DNA of 64,000 nucleotides from Naegleria gruberi (Eukaryota): NCBI GenBank assembly GCA_000004985.1, contig GG738870.1; one strand, 5' to 3'. Shown piece by piece: positions 56,409 to 64,000 of this stretch (position 1 is its first letter; each line of letters starts with the position of its first letter). The notes under the pieces were generated by a model. It saw only the letters and a program-made list of their open reading frames with translations, ran no database searches and was not told where the DNA came from. The position numbers and the translations under genes were made by a program.

Positions 56409-56493
56409 ATTTTTAAACATTTCCTAATTTGTAAATAAACTTATTTCAAATAATTGAATTCATATAAAATAAAAAGTTGATTTATTATTTACA

Positions 56494-57624
56494 TTAAATT
56501 TGTGGAGTGTATAATCTGATACACTTTCCACCCGTATTCATAGAATATTGATTATAAACTCTCGAAATTGTACTCAAATACTCCAACGAATCAGAATCAT
56601 TCACAAAGAAACCAACAGTGTGAATCTTTGGCACAACAATCATATTTCTCTTAAATCTACCAAGCTGTGATCCAACATTGAATGCAGGAACCTCTACCTC
56701 AGTAACCTTACCAACCAAATAGAGAGCACTCTTTGGATTGGCATCTTGTTGAAACATGTCAATCAGATTTTCCATAAAGTCTACTGTAGAAGCCTGTTCA
56801 TATTCAAGAGAATCAATTGCAACCAATGCCTTCCTAATATTTTCACTTGTTGCTTGAACGAGTTGTTGTCCAAAAACACTGTCAAATTTGGAAGTAAGGA
56901 AAACCAAGCCAAACTTTTGATGAGATTTCAATCTTCTCAAGGCATGGATTGTGGCCAGCTTGAGTGCTTCAAAGCTAGAAGTGTTGGAATACTTGCTCAA
57001 TGGTTTTGGAGATTCAACGTGCTCATTACCAATGGCCAAAACAACGACATCTTCATCCAAATCTTCATAGACACAATCTGGAACAAAGCTATCCAACAAG
57101 AGAGATGCCTTTCTAGCAAGTCTTGCATCAATTCCAAATATCTTGAGAGAAATACTGTGTCTCCTCTCTCGTGTCAAATTGTTAATTTTCTGCTTGATTT
57201 GACTCAAGAGCGCCATCTTTTCTTCACTTTTTTCTGTCAATTTGTTGATAAATTCTGGAACATCATCCACATGTATTCTGGCCATTCTATTGATGAGTTG
57301 ATTTCTCCACTTTTCCTTATATTCTAAATAGTCAAATGAGGAAAGTATGGTAAGTATGTCTGACCAATGTATCAGAGCTTGTTCATCATACATGAATGAA
57401 TTCAACAGCTTATCCCTCAACTCTTGACTCTGAACCTTTTCAAATTTTGTTAAAAGTCTTGATATCCTTTCAGAGGGTATCGTTATTTGATGATTACAAG
57501 CTTCATAGAGTACATCCTCAACTGGGTTCACACTCAACACTCTTCCCTTGCATGTAGTAGGGCTGAAAAAAACAACCAACATGATGAATACAAGTAAGAA
57601 GCTAATGTTTGTTATTGTGGACAT
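56494..57624 (-). CDS. Hypothetical secreted protein of 376 aa.
   Basis: Signal peptide MSTITNISFLLVFIMLVVFFSPTTCKG. ATG at plus 57622..57624 (CAT). No domain recognised. Confidence 0.45.
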   Translation of the reverse strand: MSTITNISFLLVFIMLVVFFSPTTCKGRVLSVNPVEDVLYEACNHQITIPSERISRLLTKFEKVQSQELRDKLLNSFMYDEQALIHWSDILTILSSFDYLEYKEKWRNQLINRMARIHVDDVPEFINKLTEKSEEKMALLSQIKQKINNLTRERRHSISLKIFGIDARLARKASLLLDSFVPDCVYEDLDEDVVVLAIGNEHVESPKPLSKYSNTSSFEALKLATIHALRRLKSHQKFGLVFLTSKFDSVFGQQLVQATSENIRKALVAIDSLEYEQASTVDFMENLIDMFQQDANPKSALYLVGKVTEVEVPAFNVGSQLGRFKRNMIVVPKIHTVGFFVNDSDSLEYLSTISRVYNQYSMNTGGKCIRLYTPQI

Positions 57625-58529
57625 TTTTTCAATGTTTGTTAATTATTGCGATGGCTAGAGAAGAGCCAATTTCACAACGACATTCAGTGACAAACAAGCA
57701 ACAATGTTGTGGCAAGCTGAATGGCCCATATTAAGAAGTTTTGAACTTCTCAAACTGAAATTTTGTTTGGTCATTTAGAGAACAACTCTTCCCATGTAAG
57801 GATTGTTGTTGCATTGGAGTCTCATTTAGGATGTGTTTTCTTCCTTTCTGTTTGGGCTACAATATGGATCAAATGGTCTCATTATATTGATGAATAATCA
57901 TTAAGGAAGAGAGAATATGGGGACATCACTTCACTCAGTTAAAATTCAGTTTTATAAGGGTATCTAAAAGTGGTACTCCTAAGAGTTGGCTCATCATAGC
58001 CGACTGATTAAGGGTACTACACAATAATCCTCACACAAGATGATGTACTGTTGTGGATTGTGATGAAAATTACATGAGTAATTTGAATGATGCTAATAAT
58101 AGTATTGATTGTGGTAAAAAGCGAAAGTGGTACCACTTGTGAATTTTTATCGCTTCAACATATTTCAATACTTGTCTTTTTGCATAATGTAGATATTATT
58201 CAATACATGTTATTCAATTCCGTTGTTGTGTGTATCATCATTTCTCTCAATTCAACATTTTCACTTGATGATTGGCGTGTTTGTTGATTGGTTTTATCAC
58301 AGCAGCAAATAAGCGAAAAGAACGTGCGCTACTTAAAAAAAGAATATTTCCATGCATTGTTTTGCTTTCCACTATTATCCTTCGTCAACAACAACAACAT
58401 CCTTTGCAACAAGAAGAAATTCGCTTTTTAATCAACAAGAAGAAACAAACAATTACTTGTTTTAAACGTTGTTATCCAATCCACAATTGCTTTAGTAGTA
58501 TTATTTAATTTTAGTTTCTTTCCGTAAAT

Positions 58530-60152
58530 ATGAAAGTCTCATTATCCAACAACAACAACAACAAGGCTTCCTCTTCTACAAGCACTTCAAGTAATGCCTC
58601 TTGTTATAGCTGTGGGAATGTTAATTCAATTAATAATAGACACACCACAAGCCATTCAACAAATTCTCTCAATCCCATTCAAACTACTACTGCTCCACAA
58701 ACAGTGTGTTGTGCAAAATTGGTTTCTCCTGTTGTTGATGCATCATCTTTATTGACAAGCAATAACAAGCAATCCTCACAAACTACCAACACTACATCAA
58801 CAATAGATATTGCTGCTCGTAAGGAGGATAATAGTGATAGGGCCATTGCTGGTATTCTTGGTTCTACTAATAATAATCAAAAGAATCAACAACCAACACT
58901 TTACTATTCCGTATTTAAATTACATGAAAGTGTCGACTCTCCAACCACAAATATGTTACTAGAGAATGGAAAATTGTTGTATTCACCAACAACAGCAACA
59001 AGTATTGTGATTAAATCCTCGTTTTCAACAATGACTAGTAATATTACTAGTAATAATAATAATACTAACAACAAACCTTGTAATAATAATAATAGTAATA
59101 TTAATAATAGTAATTCTATTAAACAAAGAAGAATGAATGATTCTACTTGTAGTGAATCAAACCTTAAAATTGTACAACAACGTTCAACTAGTAATAGTTC
59201 TTCTGACGAAGATGATACAACAGCACTCTCGGGAGATTCTAATTACTTTGACCCTTGTAATGAGGAAGACTTGGAATCGGAAGAAACCTCTGATAATTCT
59301 GATGAAGAAGAGGAAGACGAAGAGGATGAAGAGGAAGATGAAGAAGAGGAAGACGATGAAGCCGAGGAAGATGATGACGATGACTATTTCGATGCTGGTT
59401 CCGAAGATGATGAGCAAGACGAAGAGGATGAAGAAAACTCAAATCAATTCTGGTTTGGTATTGAGGAACCGTGTCATGTCTCTCGAGTCCTTCAATTATA
59501 TTGTAATTTCTTTAGATTGAATGCTGGAAGAGGAGCAAATAGTAGACTTCCTATTCAATTTATTGGTAAAATATGCAGAGCTATAATGAGTAATGATTTA
59601 TTTAATATTGACAATTCTGTTCGAACATTTGATATTGTTGATATTTATGAAAGGACATCTAATTTACAGTATGGAGCTGTTCATCGAAAATTAAAAACAG
59701 TATATGTGGAAACACATTATGATAATGAAGGATTACCTAGGAAGTTTAGAAAGAGAAAGTCAGAAGATTTTCCAGATAAATCTGAATACCTAAAATCTAG
59801 TTGGCTTTACTCGTTTCCAATATATGGAACCTCTGAAGAATATCATTATGAAAGTTCCCTTGTAGATAAAAGCGAAGAGATTGGATATGCAGACTTGCTT
59901 AATAGAAGTCTCCAAAAGTTTAATTGTAAATGTAAAGAAATTGCAGGCAGTCCGAATGACAGTCAATTCATGTATACACCATGTCAACAAGATGATGACG
60001 ATGATGATTGTGATTCAGATTCTGATAATTCCGACTATGAAGGAGAAGATAGCTCCATACCTAATTATATGAAAGATTTAATTCCACATTTATCAGGGCG
60101 TGGGTATTTGGATACTGATATTTGTTATGGTTACTTTGAAGATGATAAGTGA
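58530..60152 (+). CDS. Hypothetical protein with poly-Asn/Ser tracts, a long acidic (D/E) stretch and a structured C-terminal domain.
   Basis: 540-aa ORF. NNNNNKASSSTSTSS, SNNNNTNNKPCNNNNSNINNSNS and EEEEDEEDEEEDEEEEDDEAEEDDDDD runs. Preceded by upstream module B. Confidence 0.5.
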   Translation: MKVSLSNNNNNKASSSTSTSSNASCYSCGNVNSINNRHTTSHSTNSLNPIQTTTAPQTVCCAKLVSPVVDASSLLTSNNKQSSQTTNTTSTIDIAARKEDNSDRAIAGILGSTNNNQKNQQPTLYYSVFKLHESVDSPTTNMLLENGKLLYSPTTATSIVIKSSFSTMTSNITSNNNNTNNKPCNNNNSNINNSNSIKQRRMNDSTCSESNLKIVQQRSTSNSSSDEDDTTALSGDSNYFDPCNEEDLESEETSDNSDEEEEDEEDEEEDEEEEDDEAEEDDDDDYFDAGSEDDEQDEEDEENSNQFWFGIEEPCHVSRVLQLYCNFFRLNAGRGANSRLPIQFIGKICRAIMSNDLFNIDNSVRTFDIVDIYERTSNLQYGAVHRKLKTVYVETHYDNEGLPRKFRKRKSEDFPDKSEYLKSSWLYSFPIYGTSEEYHYESSLVDKSEEIGYADLLNRSLQKFNCKCKEIAGSPNDSQFMYTPCQQDDDDDDCDSDSDNSDYEGEDSSIPNYMKDLIPHLSGRGYLDTDICYGYFEDDK

Positions 60153-60196
60153 TGAGTGTCACTTTACTAACTTATTACACACTACAAATAATAAAT

Positions 60197-61972
60197 TTAT
60201 TGTAGTTTCTTGATAAATAGATTTCCCTCTGTGATTTGTAGCAGCTTTTTGTCTTGAGGTGGAAGGGCTTTGAGCATTGAGGTAAATTTATCTTGCTCTT
60301 TTTCAGTTTCTAACATGAGTTTTCTCATGTTTGCATCAATATTGAGAGATTTCTCGTCAATGAGGGACAGTATCTTATTTTCGGTGAGTGTTGTAATCAA
60401 TCTTGGTTCTTGTAATAGTTTATCGAGAATTGATTGGAGGGGTGAAGAAGAATCGGTCAAGGAGCAAGAGGCAAATGGACCAATCACATTTAAGGCGAGA
60501 TACTCGGAAAATTTGTGGATTTGAGTAATGTCGTTGCTATTCAATGCGGATATCATCCAAGAGAGAAAGTTGTTAATTCTCAACGTGAGAGGAGGTGAAG
60601 AGTTAGTCAATTGACAAAATATTGCAAGTGGAAGGTTTTGAGAGAGAATTTCCTCAACCAAGTGAGTAATATTTGAATTGTTGGTCATATGATTGGAATA
60701 AATTTCCATCCATTTTCTTATAATTGAAATGATGTTAGCTTTGGAGGAGGCAGATATGTACTTGGAATGTATTAGGACCTTAATAGTTGAAATGTATTCT
60801 TTTGAGCGCTTGGGAGTAAAGAGAACATTGTATCCGTGTGTAGAAAGAGTGTACAATAATACAAGAGGATCCAACAATATTTCATCAATGGTAGGAGTAG
60901 TTGTAGTGGTGAATGAATGATTGCTACTACCATCACAATTATTGCAACAATAAGCAAGTAAAACGTCAGTCATTTCTGCCAAATAATTCGCATCTACTAA
61001 GGGTATCAGCAAGTCTGGATAGTTAATCAAGCAGTAGCTTAATAGCTTGTAAAAGAGGCTCAAAATTCCAATGTGGGTATTTATCATATATTCTCCGAAA
61101 ATATTGGATCGTCCGAAATCAAATGGTAATGCCAACAGATTTACAATTCTTCCAAAATGGCATTGTATCAATTCGCTTCTGAATAACGAGCTTACTGTTG
61201 TGCAGTTGATAATACACTGCAGAGTGGAGGCAACGATTCCTCTCAACGAGGGTGATTCTTTGATTGATCTCATTATTATTTCATCCAACAAGTTGGACAC
61301 TACTCGCTTAATAAATTGTTTGATTTGAGGGTGTGTAAACTTTTCAAAATCTTGCACAGATTTCACACAATATAGGATATTGATAAATATCTCCCTCAAT
61401 AGATCTTGTCTTTGAATTCCCACTCCAACAATCAGATAGAAATCTATAGTAATTAATGTATTTACAATGGCCAACTCCTTCTCCACATCTTCAAAATTGT
61501 CATTGATTCCAATTTGATTTGCGCATCTGCAATGCAAATCCATCAGAACATTTATCACTTGCAATATTTTCACACGAACAGCATCAGGTGGCTGCAAAAC
61601 ACTACCATTATTTACAACAATTAAACAATCCAACAATCTCCGTATTAATTTGTTTCTCTCCACACGTCCAAACTCAATCCTTTCATACGATGGTGCAATC
61701 TCCTCATTCTCCTCCACTAAACCTGAACGAATCATCAAACCATTGCAAAATTCCAACATTTCCTCACAAATCTCCTCTTGTGCAGACCACCACTCTTGTG
61801 GTGATGCTACAAATTCCTGCACAGCTGTAAACACACCAACCTCCATAGCAGACAACATTTCAACAAACCTGGCCTCTTCAATATCGGTGAATTGGTTGGT
61901 TGTTGTTGCTGCTGCTGATTTGGTCCCAACAAATCGGTTCGGTGTTTGGTGCGACATTGTAGTAGCAACCAT
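60197..61972 (-). CDS. Hypothetical leucine-rich alpha-helical (ARM/HEAT-like) protein.
   Basis: 591-aa ORF. ATG at plus 61970..61972 (CAT). No catalytic motifs. Confidence 0.5.
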   Translation of the reverse strand: MVATTMSHQTPNRFVGTKSAAATTTNQFTDIEEARFVEMLSAMEVGVFTAVQEFVASPQEWWSAQEEICEEMLEFCNGLMIRSGLVEENEEIAPSYERIEFGRVERNKLIRRLLDCLIVVNNGSVLQPPDAVRVKILQVINVLMDLHCRCANQIGINDNFEDVEKELAIVNTLITIDFYLIVGVGIQRQDLLREIFINILYCVKSVQDFEKFTHPQIKQFIKRVVSNLLDEIIMRSIKESPSLRGIVASTLQCIINCTTVSSLFRSELIQCHFGRIVNLLALPFDFGRSNIFGEYMINTHIGILSLFYKLLSYCLINYPDLLIPLVDANYLAEMTDVLLAYCCNNCDGSSNHSFTTTTTPTIDEILLDPLVLLYTLSTHGYNVLFTPKRSKEYISTIKVLIHSKYISASSKANIISIIRKWMEIYSNHMTNNSNITHLVEEILSQNLPLAIFCQLTNSSPPLTLRINNFLSWMISALNSNDITQIHKFSEYLALNVIGPFASCSLTDSSSPLQSILDKLLQEPRLITTLTENKILSLIDEKSLNIDANMRKLMLETEKEQDKFTSMLKALPPQDKKLLQITEGNLFIKKLQ

Positions 61973-62084
61973 GATGATAGACAGCAGAGAAAAAGGCGGG
62001 TTGACTTGGTATTTTTTTAAACAACGGCAACAAACACAACTAAGGCTTTTTTCGTTTCAAAAAAAAAACAACACACACTAAAAA

Positions 62085-62386
62085 ATGGATCTTATTAATA
62101 ATTCCACTCCTAAGGTTGAAGGAAGCATGGGTTTGATTGTCCTCATCCTCAACATTTTATTCCCAGGTTGGGGTACAGTTATTGCTGCTATCGTACGTGT
62201 TTTTTAAGAATGTTATTAACTTTTTAATCTCAATTATTTTTTTTTGCTTAATACACAAAACAGCTCACTGCTGAAAAGGAAAAGATGATGCCAACTTTGA
62301 TTGTCGGTATTCTCCAATTCGTCTTGACCTCCTTCTTGATTGGTTGGTTCTGGTCTATTTGGTGGGGTTTCAAGATCTATCAGTAA
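62085..62386 (+). CDS. Small two-helix membrane protein (TM2/SPEC3/Stum-like). Two exons, 62085..62192 and 62264..62386.
   Basis: MGLIVLILNILFPGWGTVIAAI | LTAEKEKMMPTLIVGILQFVLTSFLIGWFWSIWWGFKIYQ*. A 71-nt intron GTACGTG...AAAACAG keeps the frame. Confidence 0.5.
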
Positions 62387-62644
62387 GTTTTTTTAACATA
62401 ACAAAATTTGAATTTAACCATTATTACTTTAACAGAATTTCGTAAGTTTACTAGGAATTTAACAATTTTGACATTGTAATTTTACTAATTAACATTTTTG
62501 AAATTAATTTCATGACTTGCAGTTCTGCTCAATAAATTTGAACAATGTTCTAAATATATTTTGAACTAAAATTATCAATTCTGTGAAAATGATTTCTAAT
62601 TCAATCAAAATTAAATAATAAATTTATTTAATTATTTAAAAAAT

Positions 62645-63688
62645 ATGCCCAAATTTCCCAACTTTATTCCAGACCTTCAATTCGCTCGTTTCAATGATAG
62701 GAAAATTATCAATTGGTTTCCTGGTCACATGGCCAAAGCAACCAAACAAATCAAGGAAAAATTAAAATACATTGATTTTGTTATTGAAGTGAGAGATGCT
62801 CGTGTTCCGATATCATCAAAAAACAAGACCATCAATGAAATATTTATTCACAAAAAACGATTAATTCTCTTTAATAAGTGTGACTTGATTTCCAAGGAGC
62901 ATCAGGAACAAATTAAAAAGTATTTTTCTAGTGAAAGTTCCAGTGCAACAATTGAAGGACCGAAAGTATTGGGAACTTTATTCACCAGTGCAAAACAAGG
63001 ACTCAATGTAAATAAGATTGTACAAGAATGTTTACACAATAAGAATATTGAAGTGGCTCCGAAAAAGTTTAAAACCATTCCATATACTTTTTTAATTGCT
63101 GGTGTTCCTAATGTTGGTAAATCGAGTATTATTAACAAGTTGATTGAAAAAAAGAAGGCTAAGGAAGGTGCACTTCCAGGTGTGACAAGAGGAATGGGTT
63201 TCTTCCCAATGAAAACAAGAGAAAATTGTCTTTTATTGGATACACCAGGTATTTTCCAACCTGATATTGAAACAAATGAACAAGGATTTAAGCTTTCACT
63301 AATTAATGCACTTCCAGATCATTTATTTGGTGGAGATAGTGCAGCTGGAGGTAATGCAACAGATTTGACACCTCTCATTGATTATATGCTTTTTCAATTG
63401 AATAGAAATGAATGTTATGATTATGTTGAAATTTTAGGATTGAAAGGACCAACAAAGAATATTGATGACTTGCTATTGGCAGCGTGTAAAAAATGGAAAA
63501 TGTTCACTTCTGGAGGAGAACCAGATCTCAATAAGGCACTCTCTCATCTTTTGTTTTGGTTTAGAACTGGGAAATTAGGACAAGTAGTGTTGGATTGTGA
63601 ATTATTGGAACAATCTCGTCTTAACAGTGAAATAGTAGTGGACTCTTTAAAGATGGGAAAGAACTCTTCATTAGAACCAAGTTCATAA
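62645..63688 (+). CDS. Mitochondrial ribosome-associated GTPase of the MTG1/YlqF/RbgA family (circularly permuted GTPase).
   Basis: FPGHMAKATKQIKEKLKYIDFVIEVRDARVPISS...LILFNKCDL...IAGVPNVGKSSIINKL...LDTPGI. The motif order G4-G1-G3 is typical of cpGTPases. Confidence 0.8.
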   Translation: MPKFPNFIPDLQFARFNDRKIINWFPGHMAKATKQIKEKLKYIDFVIEVRDARVPISSKNKTINEIFIHKKRLILFNKCDLISKEHQEQIKKYFSSESSSATIEGPKVLGTLFTSAKQGLNVNKIVQECLHNKNIEVAPKKFKTIPYTFLIAGVPNVGKSSIINKLIEKKKAKEGALPGVTRGMGFFPMKTRENCLLLDTPGIFQPDIETNEQGFKLSLINALPDHLFGGDSAAGGNATDLTPLIDYMLFQLNRNECYDYVEILGLKGPTKNIDDLLLAACKKWKMFTSGGEPDLNKALSHLLFWFRTGKLGQVVLDCELLEQSRLNSEIVVDSLKMGKNSSLEPSS

Positions 63689-63718
63689 TCTAATGAACCT
63701 TCTGTGCGAGTGGTAAAA

Positions 63719-63952
63719 CTAAGAGGTGATTTTGGACAAGAGTTTTTGGACTACCACATGTAGCTGGTAATTATTGGTGCTGTCCATAATATATTTCAAA
63801 ATTCCAATGATGGACTCAAAGCTATCCTTGTTTGGCACTTCAATTTTCGAATAAATAATTTCGAGTTTTGTGATGAATTGTTTTTGTATTGCCTCATCAC
63901 CAATGAGATGAATATCCTTTTTGATTTCCGAATAAATTTCATTAGCTGGCAA
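63719..63952 (-). CDS. Probable 3' exon of a gene continuing beyond the window end. Hypothetical.
   Basis: ORFs of 77 and 60 aa on the minus strand at the window edge. Truncated by the window end. Confidence 0.25.
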   Translation of the reverse strand: MPANEIYSEIKKDIHLIGDEAIQKQFITKLEIIYSKIEVPNKDSFESIIGILKYIMDSTNNYQLHVVVQKLLSKITS

Positions 63953-64000
63953 TGGTTTTCTTTTACAATGAGAATCATTTCTCTTCTGTGCTAAAATATT

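Noticed and set aside
1-64000. Prokaryotic-style features (CRISPR arrays, operons, toxin-antitoxin or defence islands, sigma-70 promoters, rho-independent terminators)
   Set aside because: The sequence is clearly eukaryotic nuclear DNA with spliceosomal introns. No direct-repeat/spacer arrays or polycistronic arrangements are present. The hairpins found are described as eukaryotic 3'-flank structures instead.

Overview
This 64 kb window is AT-rich (roughly 65% AT), gene-dense nuclear DNA from a microbial eukaryote, not a prokaryote. It uses the standard genetic code (TAA, TAG and TGA all terminate long conserved ORFs) and has short GT-AG introns, mostly about 40-120 nt. It contains about 35 protein-coding loci on both strands, spaced about every 2 kb. 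The ones I can assign are two RasGEFs (one with a LisH motif), a zDHHC palmitoyltransferase, a PHB-depolymerase-family esterase, a thimet-type M3 oligopeptidase, an MTG1/YlqF GTPase, an NCKX/CCX-type Na/Ca exchanger, a PLAC8 protein, ankyrin, RCC1, JmjC and NHL/B-box proteins, several F-box proteins and a MACPF-like protein. There is also a tandem pair of small protein kinases, a lone 5S rRNA gene on the minus strand and one tRNA-Leu(CAA). The gene content (many RasGEFs and F-box proteins, N/S/Q-rich and poly-Gly low complexity) is reminiscent of Amoebozoa or social amoebae. Codon usage and intron lengths do not match Dictyostelium discoideum, so I do not assign a species. No CRISPR arrays, operons or prokaryotic defence systems are present. 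The most notable structures are two MITE-like DNA transposons, one of which (hAT-like, 8-bp TSD) interrupts the coding sequence of the second kinase paralog; a retinol-dehydrogenase-like SDR gene that is frameshifted with an in-frame stop; a MACPF-like gene with a C-terminal triple repeat; a putative secreted polybasic tandem-repeat peptide gene; several apparent pseudo-enzymes (cyclase-like, S33-hydrolase-like, glycine-loop-less kinase); an F-box/Rab-like GTPase fusion; a near-perfect palindrome at the 3' end of the oligopeptidase gene; a dispersed ~100-200 bp repeat; and a recurring CGCGC-containing upstream module. Coordinates I derived by hand-counting may be off by 1-2 nt; those taken from the ORF track are exact.
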